Shown: piece by piece, positions 25,810 through 38,785 of the stretch | Layout: each line of letters starts with the position of its first letter | Position numbering within the stretch: position 1 is the first letter of the stretch | NCBI RefSeq assembly: GCF_006345805.1 | Contig: NC_043005.1 | Span: forward strand, 98,146,001-98,210,000 | DNA from: Octopus sinensis | Lineage: Eukaryota | Direction: 5' to 3' | DNA length: 64,000 bases | Program-made: the position numbers and the translations under genes | Notes under the pieces: model-generated | What the model saw: only the letters and a program-made list of their open reading frames with translations | Told to the model about the DNA's origin: nothing | Databases searched by the model: none

Positions 25810-27545
25810 GCTCGTTTAATGCCATCATTTATTAATGATATTAGGTAATGTCTTTTGATTAGTATTGATCTGAGTTAAAGGAGCCTTCGTTCACGAGTAC
25901 AGGTGTCTGAAACTGTGGTACAGATTCTTTTCGCTAGATTATAAGGTATATTAATTTCTATGCATTTGGGATGGCATGAGTTGAATAATAGTTATTGTTT
26001 AGAATCTGTAGGTTTATAGAAGATGTCTGTTTCATTGTGGTTATTGACTATTTTAATTAGGATGTCAAGAAAAGGGACTTGTTTACTGCTATGCTCTATG
26101 ATAAATTGTATGTTGCTATTAATATTGTTAAGCCTTATTTTGAAATTGAGGAGTTTGTCCATGCTATCTTTCTAAAGTATAAATCAATCGTCCAAATATG
26201 TCTCCTAGTTCTCCTTTAAATAGCAATGAAATGAGGTGCCATATTTTTGTTGTAATGATCGATATATTTCAAGCTCTAGGTAACCCATTACAAGGTTTGC
26301 AATCACTGGAGCAGCTCGGGTTCCCATTGCAATTCTACATTTTTGTCAATAGTAAACTGTATCAAACATGAAATAGTTTTTCAGTAGAATGAATTTGAGT
26401 GCTTCGATTATGAATCTGTGGTTAATGCGTCCTGGGATCTCTTCTGGGTATTCTTCTAGCCAGAAGGTGATTGCTTCTATACCATTATCGTGTGGGATAT
26501 TGGTGCACAAATTCACCACATTGAATGATACTAACAGGGTTCCTTCTTTTATTGTCTTCAGGAGGTGGTTAAACATGTGTAAGTCATCCCTGATGAAGCT
26601 TTTCACATATTTTAGAAACGGTTTGAATAAGTTGTCAAGGAAGTTGCTCAAACAGTGGGTTTCACAAGCAGGGCCAGCAATGATGTATCTCAATTTGAGG
26701 TCAGTAGGGGTTGGGGGAATGAATGGGAGGGACCACATATATAGGGTAGCAAAAATTAACAAGTTAAAAGTTTTTATTTTTCATTCCCTTCTAAAATTGC
26801 TCTTAAATGTGGTTTTGGTCGTTTTGACTGCTTCTTCTAGCATGTAAAAATTATCTGTTAAAGGTAATTTTCTCTTGTGTTTAAATGTACACTATTTTAT
26901 ATTGAGTATATACATACATATATATACATATACATATATATGTATGTGTGTGTTTGTATATATATATATATGTGTGTATATATGTGTATATATGTGTATA
27001 TATGTGTATGCACAGGCTTGGAGAAACTTTGCGAGCTTTACAAATGTGTAGATTTTGTGTATTTTAGGTAATCCATAGAATAGACAAGGTCTGTATTTAA
27101 AATTGGATAATCTATTTCATGTTTAGTGAGGCCCTTTCCATGTATTTGAATGAAGGAGGATAAGTTTTTAAGTGTCTTCTTTGGGTTGTATTGTACTATC
27201 TTCTTATATAGTAAATATTATTTTCCAACATGAAAAGTATTAAATTTTTGTAGTGCTCTGTGTCCATCTTCCTTTGTCAGCTTCTTTAATGGTGAGGTTT
27301 ATATCATTTTTAACTCGATTAGGTCTTTTCATTCATTTACATTAAGGTTGGATTTAATTCGTTGTTTTTGTAGGGTATCAAAAGGAAAACTGGTAATGTG
27401 TTCACAAAAAGCACCAAGTTCTTTATTTCTGCCTTTTGTAGAACAGTATTCCCTTTTATTTTTTACTATTGAGACATCTTTCCTGGTGTAGCTGTGAAGT
27501 GCTTCTGTGAGGTGTAATTTTCGTAATATATATATACATGCATAT
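25810..27545 (-). mobile_element. Penelope-like element RT pseudogene (Naiad-like), interrupted at about 26745-27005
   Basis: IKEADKG, FYGLPKIHK, PTDLKLR.IIAGPACETH, LVSFNVVNLCTNIPH, IAMGTRAAPVIANLVMGYLE, YLDD*F, VPFLDI, FNSCHP; no GIY-YIG seen on either side. Confidence 0.9.
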
Positions 27546-27921
27546 TCGTAAGACACATATATAGGGTAGCGAATATTCTTAGAAATTTCACCACCAGTGG
27601 CCTAGCATATATAAAAAGTCAATAGACAACATATTCTCAATTCAAAATAGTGTACATTTAAACACAAGAGAAAACTACCTTTAACAGTGCAAAAAATAAC
27701 AAGGTAAAAATTTTCTATTCTTCATTTCCTTCGAAAATTGCTCTTAAATGTGGTTTTGGTTGTTTTGACTGCTTCTTCTAGCATGTAAAAATTACCTGTT
27801 AAAGGTAGTTTTCTCTTGTGTTTAAATGTACACTATTTTATATTGAGTATATACATACATATATATACATATACATATATATGTATGTGAGTGTGTTTGT
27901 ATATATATATATGTGTGTACA

Positions 27922-27953
<32 letters not shown>

Positions 27954-28425
27954 AGTAGGTGAATGAATTATCCTATGTCTACCGAAACCTGGGTAGCAAA
28001 TTCACGTCAGAAAACACGGTTGAAGCGACCTGTCAAGGGTAGACACTCCGGGTTCATGTGTAGAAATTTATGTGTTGTATATGAATAAATGAAAGAATGG
28101 AGTCGAACGAAGATGTTAACAAAATTCCTTTACTCTCAACACATGTTTCGAAGACAGCGTATTTTCCTTCTGAAGGAATAAAGGGTGCATTATGCAATCT
28201 TCTCATCAGGAAAGAAAAGGATCCTCTCTCAACAACAAGACAAACAAAAATTTCGATGATTGCCTACATGGTAACCAAAGCGATAATGAGTGATTTTTTT
28301 AAAAAATCCGTTATAAACATTGACGTCAAAAATGAAAATATGCTGTCTTCGAAACATGTGTCGAGAGTAAAGGAATTTTGTTAACATCTTCGTTCGACTC
28401 CATTCTTTCATTTATTCATATACAT
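27545..28425. repeat. (TA)n-associated PLE-terminus-like fragments with inverted repeats
   Basis: 44-bp perfect IR 27644-27687/27796-27839; about 88-bp IR 28079-28166/28333-28421; 27715-27925 duplicates 26775-27000. Confidence 0.75.
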
Positions 28426-28430
28426 ATATA

Positions 28431-28826
28431 GTAGCAGTATCGCCCGGCATTGCTCGGGTTTGTAAGGGAACTAACTATATAAGCATTTTTAGAGAGTTAT
28501 GGCCAAAAAATAGCAAAAAAATGCATTAAAAATGGAAAAAAAATGATGGTAAATTTTTTTTTAAATCGTTGACTCCTCGTAGACATTTTTAGAGAGTTAC
28601 TTCCCTTATATAATAGCGAAAAATGCATAAAATGGAAAAAAATGATGGTAAATTATTTTTAAAATCGTAGACTCATCATAGACGCACGCTAATACACAGA
28701 AGAGCTCGATATGAATCACGACTATAAGATACCCGGTTTTGGTTAAACTGCACCGCAAAATGTGGGAGTAGTTAGGAATCGAAATCGTAGGAGACACACA
28801 CACAACTTCACTTTTATATATAAAGA
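28431..28826 (-). mobile_element. Non-autonomous Helitron
   Basis: Minus strand starts A|TCTTTATATATAAAAGTGAAG and ends with hairpin CCCGAGCAATGCCGGG then GATACTGCTAC (CTAG variant); same family as 58477-59103. Confidence 0.8.
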
Positions 28827-28894
28827 TATATATATTATATATATTTAAATATATATATATTGAATATATACATATATATGTGTATGTGTGTGTG

Positions 28895-29185
28895 TGAGGG
28901 CGCATGGCTAAGTAGTTAGGATGTTGCCCTCATGAACATGATTTCAACACATAGACTGGGTGGTGCGTTGCATTCTTGAGCAAGACCTTTCACATCCCAT
29001 GCTGCTCTGTGATCACTTCAGCACCTGATGCATGGCACACTATGCACCTGTTCAGACAACGACAATTTAATGGAGAGAGAATGAGCCAAAGAATGGCACA
29101 AACATTTGATTACTACAAACAAATCACTTGTACAAGTCGTTCAACAAATGCTGAACAACACTCATGCGCCATCTTCAACAAAGGA
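28895..29185 (+). mobile_element. SINE family F with long 3' region
   Basis: GAGGGCGCATGGCTAAGTAGTTAGG head; TTCTTGAGCAAGACC motif. Confidence 0.6.
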
Positions 29186-29209
29186 ATTCCATCATATGTA
29201 TACACACAC

Positions 29210-29645
<436 letters not shown>

Positions 29646-29652
29646 TACTGAC

Positions 29653-29805
29653 CTCTTCCAAATAGATGTTGACCCCTGTTGGTCTCTTCAAATTCTCGTG
29701 ATTATCTGAGATCAAACTAAATCTAGTTGCTAAGAGAAATGCATCATTTGTAAAATGGAGGCGTGACATTGAAATATAGGTGTATAGATTTCTGATGTAC
29801 TTTTC
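29653..29805 (-). CDS. Putative internal coding exon of an unidentified host gene: [51 protein letters not shown]
   Basis: Acceptor TCTTTCATCTGTAACAG|, donor GAG|GTCAGT, 153 nt, phase 0/0, the only open frame of three, unique sequence between repeats. Confidence 0.6.
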
Positions 29806-29983
29806 CTGTTACAGATGAAAGACTTGCAAACAATAGAAGTGGAGTAGAATAGATTTTGTTTTGTTGTTGTTGTTCTTTTGTTGGTGTTGTTGTTCTTTTG
29901 TTGGTGTTGTTGTTGTTGTTGTTAGACACAGTAGATTGATATATTAGTGTTAAAAATTGGGAAGCTACTAATATGTATGTATA

Positions 29984-31043
29984 TACGAGGGAGAGTCATA
30001 AATTATATGCACTCTTGTATTTTCAATGTATTTACAGAAAAGCAGAGGATAAACAATTACGTTATTTTTCTATGCAGTCTCCTTCCTTTTTGATGCTCTT
30101 GGTCTGGTGGTGCACTGCTTCTTTTCCATCTTCATCTGTAGGAAATTGACAACCTCATAAACCATCTTTCAGCAGACCAAAGATATAATAGTCAGAAGGG
30201 GCAAGATCTTGGTTGTAGGTAGGCTGTTCCAGCACCTCAAACCCAGCTGGCAGAAACATTAGCATGCCGGGCAAAATGCGTAGCCGTATTTCATCTGCCA
30301 TTACGTTCTGAGTTCGAATTCCGCTGAGGTTGACTTTGCCTTTCATCCATTCGGGGTCAATTAAATAAGTACCAGTTACACACTGGGGTCGATATAATCG
30401 ACTTAATCCATTTGTCTGTCCTTGTTTGTCCCCTCTATGTTTAGTCCCTTGTGGGCAATAAAGAAATAAGAAATTGCAGAAGCCAGGCGAAATGTGTAGC
30501 CGTATTTCATCTGCCATTACGTTCTAAGTTCAAATTCCGCCGAGGTCAACTTTGCCTTTCATCCTTTCGGGGTCGATAAATAAAGTACCAGTTATGCACT
30601 GGGGTCGATGTAATTGACTTAATCCGTTTGTCTGTCCTTGTTTGTCCCCTCTGTGTTTAGCCCCTTGTGGGTAATAAAGAAATAGGTTAATGGGTTCAAC
30701 AATCTGGGAGTGCATTGTCATGCAACAACAAAACTTTCTTCAACAATAGGCTTCGATGTTTGGTCCAAATTGCTGGCTTCAGTTTGTCAGCCAGCAAAGC
30801 ACTGTATCTTGCACTGTTGATCATAAACCCCAGAGAAATCGGATCACTGCTCTTTGTTCTTCTTTGGTGCACATTCCTAGTGGAGTGGCCATGCTTACAT
30901 TGTAAAACCAGAAAGAAAAATGGTGCAATCAGGCTAAAACTTTGATGATGTGACCACAATACTACCAACTATAAGAAGGCAGTGTGACAGTAATGAAGAT
31001 ATGTTATGGCGAAAGTGCGGATAATTTTTGACTTACCCTCGTA
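29984..31043 (-). mobile_element. Deleted mariner element with intact TIRs, interrupted by a SINE A dimer (about 30245-30690)
   Basis: TA-CGAGGGAGAGTCATAAATTATATGCAC vs reverse complement TA-CGAGGGTAAGTCAAAAATTATCCGCAC; motifs INSARYSALLADKLKPAI, VLLLHDN, PTYNQDLAPSDYYIFGLLKDGL. Confidence 0.9.
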
Positions 31044-31467
31044 CATACAAACATACACATGCATGTCCCTATGTATCCTTATTGGAGCAAGAGGAGACAC
31101 AGACCAAACTGACTGGAGCAAAATATGGATGGATTTGGGGTTTTAGACAGTGAATGCAACTCCTTAATTCATGATATCTGGAACAATTCAATCTGCATGA
31201 CCTTGTTAAGATTTAAAGGATAATGAACAAAACAAGACATTTTCTTTCACAACCTTGCTACTGAGCTGGTCAAACTTAACTCTGAACTAAAAGGAGAAAG
31301 CAAACTCACAAATATGCATGCATGCATGCATGCATGCATCCATCCATCCATCCATCCATCCATCCATCCATCCATCCATCCATCCATCCATACATACATA
31401 CATACATACATTACATACATACATTACATACATACATTAAATACATACATTACATACATATCCAAAT

Positions 31468-31560
31468 TATAAATTCACATTGATACCAATGATAATTGGT
31501 GCACTTGGTTTTGCTTGTAAATGCTTAAGTGACAATATGGGTAAGTTGGGGTTTTCAATC
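31468..31560 (+). mobile_element. R4/Dong-like LINE C-terminal scrap
   Basis: YKFTLIPMIIGALGFACKCLSDNMGKLGF resembles the end of the RLE domain (.IP.IIGALG). Confidence 0.55.
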
Positions 31561-31581
31561 AGCAAACATACTCATCACAAA

Positions 31582-31984
31582 TCTCTTCTCTCTCTATATA
31601 AAGCTGAAGTTGTCTGTGTATGGCAGGTTTGGTAGCCTTCAACTAAAACTATCTCCTCATAGACCCTGCAGTGCAAGTTGACCAAAATTGAGAGTATGAT
31701 AGAAGAAGGCTTGCTCTTTTTTCCGTAGAAGAAAAAATTCAAATCGGACCATGTTAACACCAAAAATTATTTACATCAAAGAGGTGCTTTTTTTCTATGA
31801 AAATCCCTATTTTTTACAATTTTTTGACTGCTGTGTCGCCATTTTTTGGTGTATTTCAACCAGAAAAATGTTCACTTAAAGAGAATAGCAAGCTACATAA
31901 TGCAAAAGTTTTACCTTTCAAAAATTCTAATTCTAAAGGGTCGAAAAGAAAAGAAGCCCGAGCAATGTTGGGCTATACTGCTAG
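31582..31984 (+). mobile_element. Non-autonomous Helitron (different interior, related 3' end)
   Basis: A|TC...TCTATATAAAGCTGAAG start; AGCCCGAGCAATGTTGGGCT hairpin followed by ATACTGCTAG|T. Confidence 0.8.
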
Positions 31985-32786
31985 TGTAATCTATAAGTAG
32001 AAGAGTAAAAATATTTGAGACATTTCTCAAGTTCAAAATGTGACATCATTTTTGTTATCTATATGTATGTATATGTGTTCATGTGTACATAAGTGTATTT
32101 ATGTGTGGGTAATATCCCTGTGTCTGTATGTATAACTGTGTATGTAAGTGTACGTGTACATTGTGTTTATGTGTTTTTATCTGTGTGTATTTATGTGGGT
32201 GTATGTGTATAGAATAAAATCTAAATCTATCCCTCTTTATTCCACATGAAAGTTCCAAAATGCTTAAGTTCTGATAGATAAAACTATTTAAATTTTGAGA
32301 ATCTATTTAGTCAGTATTTAGTCATGTGATCAATAAATTAACTGATCAATGGACCAACAAATTTATTAGATAATTTCTAAATTCTTTTTAAAAGACAGAC
32401 TTCATGCCTTTACTGTACTATTTTCCCATTAAGAGTCCACTTTATTTACATTATTTATTCACTGCTGCTATAAAGGGCTCAAGTGGAGAAGTGCTCTCAC
32501 ATGTGGGATGGTACTACTGCTGCTGCACATACAGATATCCAACATCATATACAGCATATGGCCTTCTGGTTGATTGATATATTTTCACTCACAGACACAC
32601 ACCAACCTTTGGTCCTTTGGTACAATATCTCTTCTCTCTGCCCCTGTTACTTCTTTACTTATTTAAACCCTTTGATCCCTATGAAGCAGAGGTCATTGGT
32701 GACTTTTCTCCACTGTCCGTGATTCTGGATTTTGAGGCTTTCCGCTCTCGGGTCTTGTTGGTTTTGAATTCTCATCACTGATTCTG

Positions 32787-33072
32787 TGTACATTATTTAC
32801 ATTATATACATTCGCTGGATATTTGTCCTCATTTTGTTTGTTGTTAACACAACATTTTGGCTGATATACCCACCAGCCTTCTTCAGGTGTCTTGGAGAAC
32901 CTGGGTTCTCATTCCTAAGGTATTTTTCGATGTTGTTGTTATTATTATTATTATTATTATTATTGTTGTTGTTGTTGTTGTTGTTATTGTTCAGGTCACT
33001 GCTTGGAATCAAACTCAGAATCTTGGGGTTAGTAACCTGCGCTTTTAACCTTACACCATATGCCCACAGGCC
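32787..33072 (-). mobile_element. tRNA-headed element with (AAC/AAT)n linker and PLE-type hammerhead-like tail
   Basis: Head GGGCATATGGTGTAAGGTTAAAAGCGC..GAGTTTGATTCC; tail GACAC-CTGAAGA-A-GGCTG..CAGCC-AAAAT-GTT-GTGTT. Confidence 0.65.
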
Positions 33073-34287
33073 AATGGCTATATAATCCAACCAAAATATC
33101 TCAGTTACACAAACATAAACAGAATTACTATTTAACCTTAAAATGCATCGTACATATTCAAAGAACCTTAATGTACAAATTGAAATGCAAAAGAACGAAA
33201 TAATAAATGGATTTATGAATGAAAGTTTGGTAATTGCATTTATTTCCACCATGCAACACTTATTATTGCAAATAAGTTTTAACTAACTTAAACTATACAC
33301 TCACACAAATACATTCATATATATATATATATGTCTCGAGTTGTAGCTGTAATTCAAAGGGGCCAGCCTTGTCATATTCTGTGTGAGGCTGAATCTCCCT
33401 GCAAACTACATTAATGTTATGCCTGTCTGTGGAGTACTCAGCCATTTTGAGTTAATTTTATCCTTGTATGGTAATGAAAAGTGAAATTGACATCCAATAT
33501 TTGCTGTGTATGCATCTATGTATGATCTTTTCTTTGGATTTATGTATCTGCAGTCTGTTAGGGTGATAGCTTGGCCTTGCAATAAATACCTATGACCCTT
33601 TATACTCTGAATTTAGATCTCATGGAGATCAATTTTGTTTTGCATCCATTCAGGGTCAAAAATGGAAATTATCATTCAAATCCTGAGATCAATGTAATTG
33701 ATCATTCCACCAAAAATTCTTTGTGCTTATTTAAGAAACTGTTATTTTTCTTTTATCATGACATTTTGTTTCAATTTTCATTTAAGGAGTTATGGGGTAT
33801 TTGGTTGAAAGTGATAAAGAAGAAATATGAGCCACTTATTTCACTTCTCACAAATAAATTGCATAAATGATGCAAAATGAAAACCACAAAAGTGGGAATA
33901 GTGAGAAAATCTGCTGAGTGAAGACAGAATTCTTCACTTTGAAAGAAGAACAATAATCCTCAGAAGATTATGTGGATTAAGGAAAATACAGTAAAGAACC
34001 ATAAATGGAAGAATAAAAAGAAACTGCAACAAACAAAATTCTGTATTTGTGGTTGTCATCACTACCATCATCATCTGCAGCAGCATCACAGCATTGCTGG
34101 CATCATCTTTGTTTTACATCTTCTTTACATGGTGACATTGGTAAGACAAATTGTCACAAGCAGAATCAATCATTATTTGAAATTACTAATCCCTTATTCT
34201 CTTGGATAGGTCAGAGGAGCATGCCCTGTTCAAATGTTCCATTTTCTCTCAATTGGGTTCTACAGATGGATGCACTTCCTAACAAGA

Positions 34288-34708
34288 AGGTGGTGAGCTG
34301 GCAGAGTCGCTCGCATGCTGGACGAAATGCTTAGCTGTATTTCGTCTGACGCTACATTCTGAGTTCAAATTCCGCCGAGGTCATCTTTGCCTTTCATCCT
34401 TTCAGGGTCGATTAAATAAATTACATACAGTTACATACTGGGGTCGATATAATCGACTTAATCTGTTTGTCTGTCCTTGTTTGTCCTCTCTGTGTTTAGC
34501 CCCTTGTGGGTAGTAAAGAAATAGGTATTTCATCTGCCGCTACGTTCTGAGTTCAAATTCTTCCAAGGTCGTCATTGCCTTTAATCCTTTCAGGGTCGAT
34601 TAAATAAGTACCAGTTATGCACTGGGGTTGATATAATCGACTTAATCCGTTTGTCTGTCCTTGTTTGTCCTCTCTGTGTTTAGCCCCTTGTGGGTAGTAA
34701 AGAAATAG
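34288..34708 (+). mobile_element. SINE A head-to-tail dimer
   Basis: Second unit starts at GTATTTCATCTGCC directly after AAAGAAATAG. Confidence 0.85.
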
Positions 34709-34949
34709 GATGCACTTCCTAACATGCTTCAATTTACAAAGTTGCAATGAGTGCCTTTAATAATAACTTAATTTTTTACCTTTTCCTGCTTTGTAAAATT
34801 TTACTTGATAATTCTTGAGGGAAAGGCACCGTCTTCAAAAATTCTCCTAGACTGGTGACATTGATGGCATTACTGTTCTTCTTGAGCATTTGTTGGTCAA
34901 CATCTGCAGGAAAGATATGGCCAAAGGAGGGAATTCTAGCATGTTGAGG

Positions 34950-35560
34950 TTCTGGGATGGAAGAACAGGGTGCAGTGATTAGTGCAGGACCTGGTGAGGG
35001 GAGCTGGACACAAGAAGAGGGAAGAGGAGGGGAGACAAGAGAAGGGTAGTATTTGAGTGGATGAATAGCATGAATCCAGCCAGTTCCAGTGGTCAGCAGC
35101 CATTATAGTAACAATAGAAAAATCAGAAAGAAACTGCATTTCACCCGTGGACCAGAGACTGCAGGGTGTCTCTAACTGATTGCATGCCAATCAATCTGGT
35201 GGACCTTTCTGGATGCATTCTTGAATGTTTCTGAGCACCATGTCCACCACCACTACCACTGCTGCCACCACCACCGCTGCTGCCACCTCCACCACCACCA
35301 CCACCACCACCAATAATGTACCAGATGTGAGAGCAACACTCCATTGTGGGCTTCACCTCAGCATTGTAGAGTTTTAATAATTGTTAGCGGTTGAAATATC
35401 TTGAAACAGAAGAGCCAGTTATTAAGATGCAGTCCTAGCTATACTAATGATGTGCTTTCACCAGAAGAGATCCTTTGTAATAGTGAGACCAAATAATTGG
35501 AGTGATTTTGAGGGTCATAGCTGAATGCTGTTCATGATTAAGTGGAGTGTGGTTCACTAT
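34950..35560 (-). mobile_element. Degenerate CR1/L2-group RT C-terminal fragment with a (GGT)n insertion
   Basis: LLKLYNAEVKPTMECCSHIW motif. Confidence 0.6.
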
Positions 35561-35748
35561 AACGTTTGCTGAGTATGAGTAGCATTTGTGTTTTCTTACA
35601 TGCTCTGATGTGTCAGTGTTGTCCTAATCTAGCATATATTATTTCATTCATGCTTAGAAATGTAACTATTCAGCAGATTTGTTCTTGCATATGATATGTA
35701 TTTATATATATATATATATACGATGATGATGACGATGACGATATATCT

Positions 35749-35809
<61 letters not shown>

Positions 35810-35869
35810 TATACACACACTGTGCTTGAGGAGACCTATTGAGTCAAGTACATCAACATCAAAAAATCA

Positions 35870-36157
35870 AATGGAAATTGTAGTTGTGATACCTGTGTCG
35901 GTGGCACGTAAAAAGCACCATCCGAACGTGGCCGATGCCAGCGCAGCCTTGACTGGATCTTTTGCCGGTGGCATGTAAAAAGCACCCACTACACTCACGG
36001 AGTGGTTGGTGTTAGGAAGGGCATCCAGCTGTAGAAAAACTGCCAGATAAGACTGGAGCCTGGTGCAGCCACCTGGCTTCCCAGACCCCGGTCGAACCGT
36101 CCAACCCATGCTAGCATGGAAAACGGACGTTAAACAATGATGATGATGATGATGATG
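35870..36157 (+). mobile_element. Truncated RTE 3' tail
   Basis: Same modules as 24690-25024; (GAT)n end. Confidence 0.9.
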
Positions 36158-36914
36158 AACTAAAACAGTATTTTATAACAGTTTTTGTTGCTTCGACTTC
36201 ATTCCAAAATTCTTTTCTAATTTAGCTTTAAGTTACCCTTTTCACATTTATGTCTTCTACTCATTACTTCATTCCAAAAACATTGACTAATTTCCTTTCT
36301 TGTTTTCATTTAATTTCCTATTTTTTTCAGTATCAGCTACTAATATTGTCAGTGTTTTTAAACTATTAACCTCAAATGTGGAGAAGAGTTTTAATTTTTG
36401 GAATTTAATTTTCTTTCTTTAAATCCACAATACATTTTGATTGGTTTTGATCTGTGACAAGCATCCTCAGATGTCTTATTCTTGAATGAGTATGTAGCAT
36501 CAGGTTGCATTTGAATAGGAGTTCCATCCACAGGCATCACTGGTGAGGTAGATAAGAATGTTCTCACTTTTAGTTTAGAAATTAAGGTTACCTAGTTCAA
36601 ATCCAGGCTGGAACTACATAAACGTTCAGGAATTAAGACAGCTGTTTTCTTTTCTTATCATATCCTCAGAATGATGGTGAAATGATTTGTAGAGATGTGA
36701 TGATGTGAATACTCCTTTCTTAATTCTTTCAATTAGTTGATACAGATAGAGAGGAAAAGAAAGGGGAGAGAGAGAGAGAGAGAGAAAGGAGAGGGAGATA
36801 GAGAGAGAGAGAGAGAAAGAAGGAGAGAGAGAGAGGGAGAGGGAGATGAAGAGTGAATGAGAGAGTGTGAGTGACTGAGAGAGAGAGAGAGAGAGATTGG
36901 TAACATATTTATCA

Positions 36915-37195
36915 AGTTCACTGAGGGAAAAGGTAAAGTTGACCTGACCTGTATGGGATTTGAACTCAAGAGTGCAGAGAGCCAGAACAAATACTGCTTA
37001 GTGGCCTTTTGTCTGTCCTTACGTTCTGAGCTAAAATTCCACCTAGGTCGACTTTGCCTTTCCTCCTTTCAGGGTTGATAAAATTAAATGCCAGTTCAAT
37101 ACTGGGGTCCAATACAGTCCAATATCGGGGTCGATGTGATCGACCGTCCCCTCCCTTCATATTCCAGGCCACGTGAAAGGATTATTATTATTACT
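36915..37195. mobile_element. SINE A fragments in opposite orientations
   Basis: Family motifs. Confidence 0.65.
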
Positions 37196-37944
37196 TAATA
37201 ATTTCAATAGTTAATTATGTAAAGCAGAGTTGTCTCCCTTATTAATTTATCATTTTGACAGACAATTAGTCTGAGATGAGAGAAAGGCTACACAGTACGA
37301 TGTAGTTATTAGTGGTGATGGTGATTTATTGTTAGTATTCAGTAGGGGGGTTTAAATTGTGTTCCGTTTCCAGGTTGGAGTGTCTACAAATATGAATTAC
37401 ACTTAACAGCTTGATATAAGTTCCTTTAAGCATTAATTATATACATTAAGAAAATATTCTAAAGGGAGAAAAAAGACAAGAAAAACAAACAGAAGCACAA
37501 TAGCTGGTAATTAGAATAAATAAATAAATGAATAAATACACGGAGAAAAAAATTATAAACGAATGCCGTGAATAAAATAAAAAATTTCAGATAAACTGAA
37601 AAATAATTTTAAAATTATTTAAAAAGAAAATCAAGGTGAAAAGGCAGAAAATGAAAAATTAAAATTACTAAAAAAAAATATTTTAAACAAATAAAATTGA
37701 ACTCTAAATAAAATAAAAGAAAAATTTGTTCTTAAGAACAAACAGAAAAAATATAAGATTAATGAATGAAAAAATAATTAATGGTAGAATATGTCGATGT
37801 TGTTGGTTCTTTGAGAATAAATCTTGAAGATAATAAAATAGAAATAAAGAAATGAAAATGGTTAACGATAAATGTAAACTTTAATTACAGAAAATTAATG
37901 AGTTTCTATTTGTTTGTTTATTTATTAGCTTATTCTTTTCTTAT

Positions 37945-38125
37945 ATTCATTTTACCCACTTCAGTCATTAGAATGCAGCTGATGCTGGGGTATTGATTTG
38001 AAGGGTTTAGTCGAGCTGATCAAATTGACCCCTGTGCTTATTTTAAGTATTATTTTGCTGAACTGCGAATTTAGAGAGGGGATGTAAACAGACCAACACA
38101 AACAAGCGTAATGATACCCTTGCAC
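37945..38125 (-). mobile_element. SINE B 3' half
   Basis: Family motifs. Confidence 0.65.
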
Positions 38126-38168
38126 ACACATACATATACAGACACACACACACACAAGCATATACACA

Positions 38169-38199
<31 letters not shown>

Positions 38200-38234
38200 T
38201 CATTTATCTATCTATCTGTCTATCCATCTATCTA

Positions 38235-38267
<33 letters not shown>

Positions 38268-38785
38268 GTTATATATGGAGATATATTTATATATAACTAG
38301 CATTATGACCCGTTGTTGCTGGGTCATAGTGCTAGTGCATGTATATATGTGTATATATATGTGCACATATTACATGTACATCTATATATATACATCTACA
38401 CATAAAATACAAAATACAAAGTTATATCTTGATATCGCTAGTGATAACAATACTCAAAATATATAACAGACTGGAATTGTAAGCCCGTCTCTTGCAATTT
38501 CGATCAATTGTATCTTGTCCTCCTCTAGAAGTGTGGCTACAATCCAGCCTACCTCTACTTCTGGGGGGGGGGGCATTTTACATTTTTTCCAGTACGTCCT
38601 ACGTCCCAGATATAAAGGTAAAAATAAAATATTTCCACTTTGCAAGTTCGAGTCGAGTACTCCCTTGCATCCTTGCATGCTCCGTTGGCTCGAACCTTGC
38701 TTCTATTGTGGCGAATTTACCGCCTCTGGTTAGATATCTTTCATAGTCGCACCAAGACACTTTTCGATGGTGCTTTCCTCCAGGT

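Noticed and set aside
36430-36545. Minus-strand open segment VMPVDGTPIQMQPDATYSFKNKTSEDACHRSKPIK
   Set aside because: Weak donor and no homology recognised
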